Assembly: GCA_958296135.2 (NCBI GenBank)
Contig: CATQHZ020000001.1
Location: 544,001 to 608,000, forward strand
Reading direction: 5' to 3'
Length of the DNA: 64,000 nt
Source: an uncultured Poribacteria bacterium
GTDB taxonomy: Bacteria; Poribacteria; WGA-4E; WGA-3G
The notes under the pieces were generated by a model, which was not told the DNA's origin, made no database searches, and worked only from the letters and a program-made list of their open reading frames with translations. Made by a program: the position numbers and the translations under genes. The first letter of the stretch is position 1. Each line of letters starts with the position of its first letter. Below are positions 1-9,851 of this stretch, one piece after another.

Positions 1-1
1 A

Positions 2-1840
2 GCGGAAATTGAAGAAGAAAAACCGTCATCGCAGCCGCTTCTCGGCGAAGAAACACGAGTCGCCTCACCGTGGCTCTATCAAGGTAAGCCGATTTATGTT
101 TTAAAGTATGTTGGCACACGCGAGCAGAGTGCCAAGATAAGTAAGGTTCTTGATGGCGGTTCAGGGGATATCGAAAAGGTGCTGCCGGTTATTCGCTCGC
201 TCCTGCATCCAAAGCCGATATCTCTGCGAGTTGAGGGAGAAGGCACTGAGCGCACGGCTATCCTTACCGTGGTGGTGCGAACCTACAGACTGAAATCGTT
301 GACGATTTCCGAATCCAAGACAGTCAGAAAGCAAGAGGCGGTAGGACAGCATCGGGACCAGGAGAACCCGCCTACCGGGGAAAATCGGGACATGGAGAAC
401 CCGCCTACTGCAACGCGGTTTCGGACTGCGGGTGCTCCTATTCATGAGTTGCACATCCGCGGGAATCAGAAAACCGAAGAGGAAGACATTCGGAAGACGC
501 TCAACAACGCTTCCCCGGACATTGAACAGGCTTTGGATACGCTGTTTCGCGCGATGCCCTATTTTCATCAGGTGAAGTTGGATATTAACGTGGAAGGCGC
601 GAGGCGAATTGCTACTATCACCGTTGATGAAAAACGGCTCTCTACAACTGCATACCTCGGGCTGAATCCACCGCTAGGGTTGGGGTTTAATCGCGTTACG
701 GGATGGAGAATGGGCACCGGTTTTGAAGTTGGCAGACGCAAACAGGTGGGCCCACTGTGGATATGGAATCTCAGAGAGCCGGCTGGTACCCCGGCTTCCA
801 AACTTTTCGGGAAGATAGAGTATGCCTTCGGCAATCCGCATGTCCATTATCGGCTAGGTGGTGCTGCGAATTGGGGAAAACCTTACGTATGGAATTTGGG
901 ACTCACGGCACAGCTCCGTCGCGATACCGTCGCTGTCGCCCCAGAAATTTTCCCTCGCAGCAACGATGGTGCATCCCATTTTTATCGTGTTTGGGGTGGC
1001 ATCGATTTTCATAACTACTATTTGCGCCAAGGCGTTGAACTTGCATTCCGATGGGCACCGGTGATGCCTACCCATGCGTTCAAAATTAGCGTGGTGGCTG
1101 AGGCGCACGATAGTCTGGAAAAAAGCACGGATTGGAGTGTCCCCAACTGGATATTCAAATGGCAGAAGCGAGACAATCCGCCGATAACCGCTGGGCACAT
1201 GCGGAGCCTCGCGTTTCAATATGATTTTAACACGCGAAACCAGGAGCTCGGCTGGCACAATACGCTCCTCATTGAGTATAGCAATTCCGCCTTCGGTTCG
1301 GATTTTGATTTTACGCGATTGCAATCGCATTTTCGCTATGCATTTCCGCTTGGAAACAACCGTATTCGCACCCGGTTGTTGTTCGGCTACGCGAACGCTT
1401 CGCTGCCACTCCAACGCCAATTCGTCATCAGTGGCCCGGGGGGGTTGAGAGGGTATCCGCTGTTCGCCCCTGCAAACGAGGCGGAAAGGGCAGCAAGTTT
1501 GAGTTGGTATCGGCATTCTCTCTATGCGTTCACAGGCGATGGGGGATTTCTGTTCAACCTCGAATATCATTATCGGCTGTCTAACCTTGCCGATTGGGGG
1601 ATTTTCAAAAAAGCCTTTGCAATCTTGTTCCTCGACGAGGGACAGGTGTGGCAGGCTTCCGATGAGCGTCTACGTTTTGACCCGGGGGCGAACATCGGCC
1701 TCGGCTTACAATTCGGCGAAGCCGACATCGTTGCCAGATTTAACATTGCGCTCCCTTTGCGCTCCAATTGGCCTGCGCAAGAGCGGCTGTCGCTGGGACG
1801 CGGGGTTGTCATCACTTCACTCTGGCATCAAATTTTTTAA
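2..1840 (+). CDS. BamA/TamA (Omp85)-family outer-membrane protein, 5'-partial
   Basis: Frame is open from base 2. POTRA-like segment (LHIRGNQKT), alternating aromatic beta-strands, 'GPGGLRGY' loop-6-like motif, C-terminal Phe (WHQIF). Confidence 0.7.
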   Translation, partial: AEIEEEKPSSQPLLGEETRVASPWLYQGKPIYVLKYVGTREQSAKISKVLDGGSGDIEKVLPVIRSLLHPKPISLRVEGEGTERTAILTVVVRTYRLKSLTISESKTVRKQEAVGQHRDQENPPTGENRDMENPPTATRFRTAGAPIHELHIRGNQKTEEEDIRKTLNNASPDIEQALDTLFRAMPYFHQVKLDINVEGARRIATITVDEKRLSTTAYLGLNPPLGLGFNRVTGWRMGTGFEVGRRKQVGPLWIWNLREPAGTPASKLFGKIEYAFGNPHVHYRLGGAANWGKPYVWNLGLTAQLRRDTVAVAPEIFPRSNDGASHFYRVWGGIDFHNYYLRQGVELAFRWAPVMPTHAFKISVVAEAHDSLEKSTDWSVPNWIFKWQKRDNPPITAGHMRSLAFQYDFNTRNQELGWHNTLLIEYSNSAFGSDFDFTRLQSHFRYAFPLGNNRIRTRLLFGYANASLPLQRQFVISGPGGLRGYPLFAPANEAERAASLSWYRHSLYAFTGDGGFLFNLEYHYRLSNLADWGIFKKAFAILFLDEGQVWQASDERLRFDPGANIGLGLQFGEADIVARFNIALPLRSNWPAQERLSLGRGVVITSLWHQIF

Positions 1841-1902
1841 ATACGGGCGGAGAGAGACTGCCGCCCTGACATGCCTTTAATTGGGTATCAGGATTTTTCA
1901 AC

Positions 1903-2664
1903 ATGCGTTTTTTATCCGCTTTGACACGCCGAAAAATGTGGCACGCTTTAAGTGGTGTCGTTCTCTTACTCCTGTGCGGCGCTCCCGCGCTGCCCCACGG
2001 CGAAAGCGATGGATATGACTTCACGTTCGTCCGTCTCAAATATGGTGGGCAGCTCACTCGGCGCAGTAGTTGGCGGGTGGATTGGCCCGCGTCCGACCGG
2101 AATTTCATCTGGCAGTTGCGCAAACAGACGAATATTGATGCCAATCCGCGCGAAAAGATTATTGAGGTGGGTTCGGCGGAACTGTTCCTGTATCCGTTCG
2201 CGTATATGTTGGAGGTGGGGAGTCTTCGGTTGAGCGATGCGGAGGCGGCGAACCTGCGGGAGTATCTGTTGCGGGGCGGCTTCATCTTCATTGACGATTT
2301 CCACGGCGAACATGAGTGGCGGCTGTTCTATAGGGAGTTGAAGAAAATTTTCCCGGCGCGCGAACCGGTGGACATCCCGATTTCGCATCCCATCTTCCGC
2401 TGTTTCTTCAAAATTGATACATTGGTGCAGATTCCTGGGCTGCGTTCGTTATTCAGTGGCCGCACGTACGAACGGTTCGATGGGTATCCTGCCTATTGCC
2501 GCGGTGTTTTCGACGACAAAAACCGGCTGATGATGATAATCCATTTCAACAGCGACTTGGGGGATGCGTGGGAGCATGCGGCGGAGGCTTTTTATCCGCG
2601 CGAGTATTCGGATATGGCGTTGAAAATGGGGATTAATGCGGTTGTCTATTCGCTGACGCATTAA
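1903..2664 (+). CDS. DUF4159 domain protein
   Basis: Signal peptide, FTFVRLKY, YPFAY, LREYLLRGGFIFIDDF, SDLGDAWE, GINAVVYSLTH. Confidence 0.8.
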   Translation: MRFLSALTRRKMWHALSGVVLLLLCGAPALPHGESDGYDFTFVRLKYGGQLTRRSSWRVDWPASDRNFIWQLRKQTNIDANPREKIIEVGSAELFLYPFAYMLEVGSLRLSDAEAANLREYLLRGGFIFIDDFHGEHEWRLFYRELKKIFPAREPVDIPISHPIFRCFFKIDTLVQIPGLRSLFSGRTYERFDGYPAYCRGVFDDKNRLMMIIHFNSDLGDAWEHAAEAFYPREYSDMALKMGINAVVYSLTH

Positions 2665-2751
2665 ATCGTTTTTCCAAATTGGCATCGACTCGCTGAAGAT
2701 GTTATCATGTTACTAGTGTCGGTAACATTCCATGATGGAGGGAAATCCCTG

Positions 2752-3894
2752 ATGATTATTAAACGGCTTATCGTCCAAAATTGGCGGAATTTTCAGCACA
2801 TTGATGTCCAGTTAAGCGAACGGCAATTCATTGTGGGCCCGCATGCGTCGGGCAAGTCCAATCTGCTAGACATTTTTCGCTTTCTGCGCGAGATTGCGGC
2901 CGGGGAAGGCGGTTTCCAGAAAGCCGTCGGCGCGCGCGGCGGTGTTTCGCAAATCCGGTGCCTGTCCGCAGGAGACGACACCGACATTGCGCTTGAGCTT
3001 CACCTCGCGCCCAACGCAGCAGCAGCGGCGACATGGCGATATGCCCTCGGCTTCTGTCAAGTTTCTCCGACTCTCACGCATGAACGGGTGTGGCACGGGG
3101 ATAAACTGCTTCTGGCACGCCCAACTGCAGAAGATGAAAATACACCTGAACGGCTCACCCGAAGTGTGCTGGAGAGAAACAGCGATGCAGCTTACCGAGA
3201 ATTGACGCATTTCTTTCAGGCTATCACCGAGCTGCAGCTGTCCTCGAAACTGCGCCATTTTCCGGATGTGATTCAGGAAGACACTGTTGAGCGAGATGCG
3301 AATGGACAGGGTGTTAACGGGTTACTTGAAAGGATTGCGAGTGTAGACGAAGAAACTCGCGGTTCGCGTCTGAAAACGATTGAAGAGGGGCTCATCTTGG
3401 CAGTGCCGCAGTTTGCGCAATTAGCATTTATACGCGACAGTGCCACCGGGCATCCGCATTTACAGGCTCGTTATTCGCACTGGCCTCCACAAGCCGGTTG
3501 GCAGCGCGAAGACCGGTTTTCTGATGGCACGCTGCGTCTTATCGGGTTGTTGTGGGCTCTGCTTGAAAGCGATTCGGTGTTGTTGTTGGAGGAACCGGAA
3601 CATTCGCTGAATCCTGAAATCGTGTCGCAATTTGCGCCGCTATTTTTTGGGATGCACACGCGCATAGGTGGACAAGTTTTGGTGACTACCCACAGCGATG
3701 TTCTGATGATGGAACCCGGTATTGACAGTTCCGAAGTGCTGATGCTCGCTCCCACCAAAACGGGAACAGAAGTGAAAGCCGCCTCCGATATTGATGTCGT
3801 ACGGAGACTTCTTGAGGAAGGACTTACCGCCGGTGAAGTGGTGTTTTCAGGAAACCACCCTGAGCATCCTGAAAGGCTAGGGCTATTAGAATGA
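2752..3894 (+). CDS. ABC/AAA_21-type ATPase
   Basis: Walker A GPHASGKSN, signature FSDGT, Walker B LLLEEPE, H-loop VTTHS; GGAGG RBS at 2737-2741. Confidence 0.85.
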   Translation: MIIKRLIVQNWRNFQHIDVQLSERQFIVGPHASGKSNLLDIFRFLREIAAGEGGFQKAVGARGGVSQIRCLSAGDDTDIALELHLAPNAAAAATWRYALGFCQVSPTLTHERVWHGDKLLLARPTAEDENTPERLTRSVLERNSDAAYRELTHFFQAITELQLSSKLRHFPDVIQEDTVERDANGQGVNGLLERIASVDEETRGSRLKTIEEGLILAVPQFAQLAFIRDSATGHPHLQARYSHWPPQAGWQREDRFSDGTLRLIGLLWALLESDSVLLLEEPEHSLNPEIVSQFAPLFFGMHTRIGGQVLVTTHSDVLMMEPGIDSSEVLMLAPTKTGTEVKAASDIDVVRRLLEEGLTAGEVVFSGNHPEHPERLGLLE

Positions 3895-4514
3895 ACCTAA
3901 ACAAGGTAGTGCTTGCCGCTGAGGATAGCCTCAGCGAGGCGGTCGCGACGCAGATTCTCACAAACCTGGGTTTTGAAATCGAGAACAAACCGCAGCAGCA
4001 CAGAAGCCCTCATAGGGGAGGAAAGTCTCATCTGAGCAAAAGAGCCCAAGAGTTCAATCGTTCCGCTGCGGGTCCTCATTATTTCTTCATGTTGACAGAT
4101 TTAGATTCTCCGCAAGATTGTCCGGCGAACCTGATTCGATCTTGGGTGAAAGGCCCGCTACATCCTAGATTTTTCCTGCGCGTCGCGGTGATGGAAGTTG
4201 AATCTTGGGTGATGGCAGACCGTGGGGCTTTCACGACATTTCTAGAAATCTCTGATGAGATTCCGGGCAAAATAGACGAACTCCCCCATCCCAAGGAATT
4301 TCTTCTCTCGCTTGCCCGGAGAAGCCGGGCCCGAAAATTGCGAGAAGATCTTGTCACGGAAAAACGCGGCACATTAAACCCGGGTCCCAGATACAATCCG
4401 TGTCTCATTGAATTTGTCCAAGACTTATGGGATTTAGAACGTGCGGCCGCTGTCTCGCCGAGTCTGAAAAGAACGGTAGCCAGGCTTCAAAGCGCGACAT
4501 CGGCACTCTCCTAA
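3891..4514 (+). CDS. DUF4276-family (TOPRIM-like) protein coupled to the ATPase
   Basis: ATGA overlap with the ATPase stop; motifs AEDSLSE, LTDLD, AVMEVESWVMAD, SPSL. Confidence 0.7.
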   Translation: MNLNKVVLAAEDSLSEAVATQILTNLGFEIENKPQQHRSPHRGGKSHLSKRAQEFNRSAAGPHYFFMLTDLDSPQDCPANLIRSWVKGPLHPRFFLRVAVMEVESWVMADRGAFTTFLEISDEIPGKIDELPHPKEFLLSLARRSRARKLREDLVTEKRGTLNPGPRYNPCLIEFVQDLWDLERAAAVSPSLKRTVARLQSATSALS

Positions 4515-4667
4515 CAATGGTGGGATGGCGGCCACCCGCCCCGAACCCTCACCTTACAGGCTATCAACTCTAGGCCTTCGCGAAATCCTTAAACCTTTTG
4601 CGTCAAACTGCGGTCTAAAAAAGCACCAGACCTAGGCAAGTAGCCTAGTTTACCGGGAGGCTCGCGA

Positions 4668-4717
4668 TCGCGGGGGGAACCCTCGGCGATTAGTGATCGC
4701 CGGGCCCCCGCGCTACG
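4668..4717 (-). repeat. GTAG REP palindrome with loop insert type 2
   Basis: cgcgggg...cccccgcgctac arms around ctcggcga...tcgccggg; similar copies at 16375 and 60603. Confidence 0.75.
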
Positions 4718-4745
4718 GTAACTTGAACCCGTGGAGGAAAGAACA

Positions 4746-5513
4746 ATGCTTACTCGTAAACAGAAGTTAGATTTTTATGAAAACGGCTATATCACCGTCC
4801 CCGGCGTTGTGCCAAAGCTGATGGTGGATGCCGCGCGGCAGGCGATTAACCATTCTATCGGTGCTGTCGGGATGGACCAGGGTGATCTGGAGCGATTCCG
4901 GGCACAATCGTATTGCAGTGAGATTCGCGAATCTCCTGCAATCGTCGCTCTTTACGGGAAAACTCCCATTCGTGAAATCGCCGAGTCCTTGATGGGCGCG
5001 GGGAACGTCAACGTTCCGGGCTCTGCACAGATTGCCTTGCGGTTTCCGGGGCCGTTGCACACCGATGCGCCTGAACCGCACGGCCACCTCGATGGATTAG
5101 GCAGCGGGAAGAACGGCATGGAGAAAGGTGTTTATCGGCGGGGGTTTACGGCACTGGCTGTCGTCTATCTGGCAGATGTGCCGGAGCCGTATAGCGGCAA
5201 CTTCACCGTCTGGCCAAAATCGCACAGTTTCTTCGCCGATTATTTCAAGCAGGAGGGACATGAGTCGTTGGCGAACGGGATGCCGCGTACTGAACTCCCC
5301 GGAGGGCCCAAGCAGATAGTCGGTAAGGCAGGCGATGTCGTGCTGACGCACCATCAGATAGTCCACACGGCGGCACCGAATGCAGCGGCGGACATCCGAT
5401 ACGCCGCTATTTTCCGGCTACGCCATGTTGACTGCGAGAAGAACGGCTACGATGCCTACACCGACATTTGGCGCGAATGGCCGGGTGTCAAAGAAGCAGT
5501 AGCGGGTGCGTAG
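4746..5513 (+). CDS. Phytanoyl-CoA dioxygenase (PhyH)-family Fe(II)/2OG oxygenase
   Basis: FYENGY, H-L-D, GNFTVWPKSH, GDVVLTH..IVH..APN..R. Confidence 0.85.
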   Translation: MLTRKQKLDFYENGYITVPGVVPKLMVDAARQAINHSIGAVGMDQGDLERFRAQSYCSEIRESPAIVALYGKTPIREIAESLMGAGNVNVPGSAQIALRFPGPLHTDAPEPHGHLDGLGSGKNGMEKGVYRRGFTALAVVYLADVPEPYSGNFTVWPKSHSFFADYFKQEGHESLANGMPRTELPGGPKQIVGKAGDVVLTHHQIVHTAAPNAAADIRYAAIFRLRHVDCEKNGYDAYTDIWREWPGVKEAVAGA

Positions 5514-5673
5514 CGGTAGGCGCGCTTTGACGTTATCCTACAACATGGCGCGCCTACAAAAATTTGGATAAAAAAGCAAGAACGATTTTTAGTTATCCCG
5601 CTTATGTAGTTTGAACGCGCCAGACGACAAGTAGTGCGATGGCGAGCCCTACCTATTGTAAAGTCACTGGGGA

Positions 5674-8600
5674 TTACTTCACGACTAACATTTTGCGCGT
5701 CGCGGTGAAGTCGCCCGCCGTGAGGGTGTAGAAATACACGCCGCTGGCAATGCGTTCGCCCAGTGCGTTTCTTCCATCCCAGTACGCCGCCCGGTTCTGG
5801 ATGTGATAGATGCCGGCCGGCTGGTACCCGACATCTAACATCCGTACCAACTTCCCATCCGCTGCATAGATGGAGACGCTCACTTCTGCTGGTTTGGCGA
5901 GGTGATACGGTATCCACGTCTCCGGGTTAAACGGATTGGGATAATTCGGCAATAGTGCCGTATTCTTCGGCGTTAACGCCGCCAAAAGGCGTTGGATGAA
6001 GAGAATGCCGCGCTGATATTTCGCATCGGTGCTGTTCGGTTGCATCGCCTGCGCCTGCGCGAGCCACTGTTCCACCGTGGCCGCTGTCGGCGCGTGAGCC
6101 AGCTGTTCCTGCACAGCAGGCGCGCCAGCTGCGCCACCGCCTAACGCGCCTGCTACTAAAACCAGATCGGCGATGTTGACAACGCCATCCCCGTTGACAT
6201 CGGCGGGATTCGCTTCACCGCGCTGCCCAAAGCGGCCGGCGATGAGCGTCAGATCTAGAATGTTCACGATGCCATCGCCGTTGACATCCTGGGATCCGAC
6301 AACGATGCTCAGTTCCGGCGGTGTCACATGGAGTGTCTCCCCGGTCCGCGTTCCTGCCTGAAAGTTCTCCAGTGTCACTCGGCTGTTTCCTTTTCCGATG
6401 ACGGTGAAACTTACCGAGAGCAGCGTGCCATGCGAGAGCCCCTTGCCTCTGGAGAGTTGGACAGACTTTACGCCGGTGATTTTACCGTTGCGATTCTGGA
6501 GGGTGCCTTCCTGAAAGAAGGTCTGGCTATTGTCCTGCTTCAGAAAATCACCTTCGCGGACCTGAGTGGCTTTTAGCACGGCGGGATTGAACGTCACATC
6601 CGCTTGCCACCCTGTCAAATTGGTGACGTTTGCAGTATTCAACTGGAGTGTGAACGTATCTCCCACCTCAAACTCCGTTGCATCGGTGGAAAAGGAGAAG
6701 TTGAGGCTCGGGCGGAAGATGGCGTATTTTGCGTCAGGGGCGAACCCAAAAAATCCGCACCAGTGGCCGCGACCCTCGTAAACAGCGACTAACAAGGTAT
6801 TTCTGCCCTGTTTCAGAGTGACAGGAGAATGACTCTGGTAATCGCTTGCGTCTCTGTTAACGTGCTCTACATGAACCAATTCGCCGTTGAGCCAGACCTT
6901 GACAGCATCATCGCTGCCCACAAACACTCGCGTCTGCTGCTCTCGCGGGGATTCAATAAAGATCAGGCCGTATGCAACGTGGTTGTCTATATTGCCTCTT
7001 CCGAAGCCGATTGCGTTGACGAGCTCGTTGATGTTATCGCCCCCGGCTGCGGAGAGGGTGCCAGGTGTCCAGAATCTCTCTCCGACAGCATCGCCATCTG
7101 TCGCACCGTTCATAGCGACCTGCTGCTCCGTTACAGTGCCGCCACTGGCTTGTGCCAGATAATCTATCCCGGAAGCAGAGGCTGCCGAACCTCCAATTCC
7201 ATTGCCTGTTGAGGCAATCATCCATAACCATGGCCCTGTGATTTTCGGTCCGCCTGAGGGTAGCCCAGGGTTCCCGGTGAGAATCACGCTCGTCTTTTTG
7301 CGTAATGCTTCCAACGCCGAGAAGTCGGCTATTTCGTTGTCACGGAGGTCTAAATGTTCCAAGTTGCGTAACCCGGCGAGCGGGGATACGTCCGTGATGT
7401 CGTTGTGCCGAAGGTTTAAATGTCTCACACCTGTTAATCCAGCGAAAGACGTAAGGTCTGATATGCTGCAATTCTGGAGGATGAGTCTTCTCAAACCGGG
7501 TAATCCTGCGAGTGGAGTGACATCCGATATGGCTGCATCGCTGATTTCCAGCGTTTGCAGTTTGCGTAATTTCGCCAACGGCGATAGGTTTGTGATGCGG
7601 GTATCCCACGCTTGCAGGTTGCTCAAGCTGAGCATGCCTGAGAGCGGCGAGATGTCCGATACCGGATTGTGGTTAATTCCTAATCCATCTAATTTCACTA
7701 AGCCAGAGAGTGGGGATAAGTCGGTAATCCGATTCTCCTCCAGGCCTAACCATCCCACGTTGATTAACTTTGCCAGTGGGGAAACATCGACAATCAAATT
7801 ATCTCGCAGCTTGATGTTCCCGAGGCGGATGAGGTTTCGGAGCGGCGAGATGTCCGTTATCAGATTGTGGCGCAGCTCCAGCCTCTCCAGACTCGTGGCT
7901 AGTTCAAGTCCTGTCAAATCACGAATGCCCTTGCGCTCGGCGTGTAGATTCGTTAACCGCAGCATGTCCTGCTGCGTGAGCTGCGCATTTTGCGGTTTGC
8001 CCAACGCGTTGTGAATTGCCTTGCGCAGCTGCAAGTCTGGGATATGAACGCCGGAGACCGGCGGTGTTTCATCGTCAATGGGAATGACGACGGTGTCTTC
8101 GGAAAACAGGGCGGCAACTAGCGTGCTGAATTGCGATGTCCACGTATCGCGTTGCACTCGCCCGTTGTCCAGTAGCAGTGCCTCCAAAGCGAGCGTTTGC
8201 AACTTTCCATCCCGAATCTCTCGGCGGAAGACAGACGTTGTGTAACCGACAGCGGCGGCGGCATGCGCTGCATCCAACGGTTCTTCAAACCGCTGATGGA
8301 ACCGTTCCACCGGCTCAACCCCACCAAAGATACCCCCGGCGGCTTCCAATGCCTTTCGGAACCGTTGCGTATCCACTGCCACAAGTTCCTCCATGCTCGC
8401 CTGTTCGACATAGAGCCGCAAGGCTTGTTGCTTGTCATAAGGCGGATTCACCTGCTGCTGAATCACTGCCCGGACTCCGTCCTCAAACTTCTTCATTCCT
8501 TCGGTGTGACAGCCGATACAGGACAGTCCATTGCGCACCACCGGATCGCGGGCAGCGGGATTCGAGACAATTGCCACCGGTGCTTCCTCCAGCCGTGTTC

Positions 8601-9717
8601 CCGCCGCCGTGACCAGGTAATACGCCTGCAGGCCGTTGGGGAGATTGAAGATAATCTCGCCGCCATCATGTGTGAAAGAGAGTGGGTGCGTGAAGACGTT
8701 CTGGCTGTCGACGTTGCCGGCAAAGTCGTAGGATTTCCAGTACGCGCCGTACCGCGAGCGGTGCCGTTCGACGACGCGGTTGTTTTGGGAGACGCGGGAT
8801 TCGTTGAACCCGGCGCGCCAGACGCGCACCCCGGGGGCATCCTGGAGATTTCGCGCTACGTCCACCTCCAGCCGTGCTTCCAACTCCCGGTCGGTCTGGG
8901 GTAAATCGAGGATGTCGTGGTAGAGGGGCGGCAGGGAAGCAGTCGCCAAGAACCAGTCCACGTGGATGAACGGCACCTCGGTGTCCGTTTCCTGCTGCAG
9001 TGTGGCATAGGTTAGCGAGTCTCCGTAATCAAAGGCGTAGGGATAGACTGCCTCCATCTTGGGCCACGCGTCAGTGACATCCCATTCGTAGTGGCGCAAA
9101 TCGATGTAGAAGAGCGTTTGGGCTGCATCAATGGGTTTCGGCTTAAGAATCTCAGCTCCCCAGGAGAGGCTGTTAATCAGTTTAGAGAGTGCGCGGCGAT
9201 ATGCCTCAAGTGCCTCATTGGTTTCACCTGCGTTGTAGAGATGCGTCATTGTGAAGTAGCGCGCATAGGGCCGGTTAAACGGCGTGAGCGAGTCTACATG
9301 CCGCTGAATGGCGGTGAGCATTGCATCCGGCGTGATGAAGTCGCGTTGAGTGGGGGCGAACGCCCAATTGGGTGCCCCGGCTTCAATCCAGCGGCGCACG
9401 ATATCGAGCTCCCTATCGGTGAGCGGCGGCTTGTTTAACGGCATTCGTTCAGCGTCGGGAGTGCTATGGAGGAGCCGCTTGTAGAACTCCGATGCATCCG
9501 GATTGCCGGGGACAACTGTCCCTGATGCCATCAATGTGTCGTATGGTGTCACGGTTAGCACGTCCGAGAACGGGCGATTTGCACCATGGCAGTCAATACA
9601 GTGTTGCTCGAAGATGGCGCGCGTGTGCAGTGCCAGCGGCTGTTGTGCGCTCGCGCTGACAACGCCTAGCACGATGAATGTTAAGACAGTTAACGTAAGA
9701 TGTTTGTAGTTTTTCAT
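5674..9717 (-). CDS. Secreted diheme cytochrome c + LRR + PA14-like + cohesin + dockerin + FlgD/T9SS-like C-terminal domain protein
   Basis: Signal peptide MKNYKH...SASA with AGGA RBS; CIDCH and CIGCH; 22-aa internalin LRRs; GSDDAVKVWLNG; cohesin-like VGDTFT..VTF; two DVNGDG repeats; LLPNYPNPFNPETWIPY tail. Confidence 0.85.
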   Translation of the reverse strand: MKNYKHLTLTVLTFIVLGVVSASAQQPLALHTRAIFEQHCIDCHGANRPFSDVLTVTPYDTLMASGTVVPGNPDASEFYKRLLHSTPDAERMPLNKPPLTDRELDIVRRWIEAGAPNWAFAPTQRDFITPDAMLTAIQRHVDSLTPFNRPYARYFTMTHLYNAGETNEALEAYRRALSKLINSLSWGAEILKPKPIDAAQTLFYIDLRHYEWDVTDAWPKMEAVYPYAFDYGDSLTYATLQQETDTEVPFIHVDWFLATASLPPLYHDILDLPQTDRELEARLEVDVARNLQDAPGVRVWRAGFNESRVSQNNRVVERHRSRYGAYWKSYDFAGNVDSQNVFTHPLSFTHDGGEIIFNLPNGLQAYYLVTAAGTRLEEAPVAIVSNPAARDPVVRNGLSCIGCHTEGMKKFEDGVRAVIQQQVNPPYDKQQALRLYVEQASMEELVAVDTQRFRKALEAAGGIFGGVEPVERFHQRFEEPLDAAHAAAAVGYTTSVFRREIRDGKLQTLALEALLLDNGRVQRDTWTSQFSTLVAALFSEDTVVIPIDDETPPVSGVHIPDLQLRKAIHNALGKPQNAQLTQQDMLRLTNLHAERKGIRDLTGLELATSLERLELRHNLITDISPLRNLIRLGNIKLRDNLIVDVSPLAKLINVGWLGLEENRITDLSPLSGLVKLDGLGINHNPVSDISPLSGMLSLSNLQAWDTRITNLSPLAKLRKLQTLEISDAAISDVTPLAGLPGLRRLILQNCSISDLTSFAGLTGVRHLNLRHNDITDVSPLAGLRNLEHLDLRDNEIADFSALEALRKKTSVILTGNPGLPSGGPKITGPWLWMIASTGNGIGGSAASASGIDYLAQASGGTVTEQQVAMNGATDGDAVGERFWTPGTLSAAGGDNINELVNAIGFGRGNIDNHVAYGLIFIESPREQQTRVFVGSDDAVKVWLNGELVHVEHVNRDASDYQSHSPVTLKQGRNTLLVAVYEGRGHWCGFFGFAPDAKYAIFRPSLNFSFSTDATEFEVGDTFTLQLNTANVTNLTGWQADVTFNPAVLKATQVREGDFLKQDNSQTFFQEGTLQNRNGKITGVKSVQLSRGKGLSHGTLLSVSFTVIGKGNSRVTLENFQAGTRTGETLHVTPPELSIVVGSQDVNGDGIVNILDLTLIAGRFGQRGEANPADVNGDGVVNIADLVLVAGALGGGAAGAPAVQEQLAHAPTAATVEQWLAQAQAMQPNSTDAKYQRGILFIQRLLAALTPKNTALLPNYPNPFNPETWIPYHLAKPAEVSVSIYAADGKLVRMLDVGYQPAGIYHIQNRAAYWDGRNALGERIASGVYFYTLTAGDFTATRKMLVVK

Positions 9718-9851
9718 TGAAATGTTCCTTTTGTGCGCAGTGAATTGGGGCACTATGAGTTCGCGGGGACAGGCCCCCGCGCTACGGTTCTCACCGGTAG
9801 GCGCGATTTCCGAATCGCAACTGCCCAACACCTCGCGTTCGGCGCTCATGC

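Noticed and set aside
9718-9849. N-terminal extensions given by the ORF track here and at 47075-47209, 53209-53310 and 60567-60614
   Set aside because: They run through intergenic REP clusters; better starts with an RBS or family-typical N-termini lie downstream.
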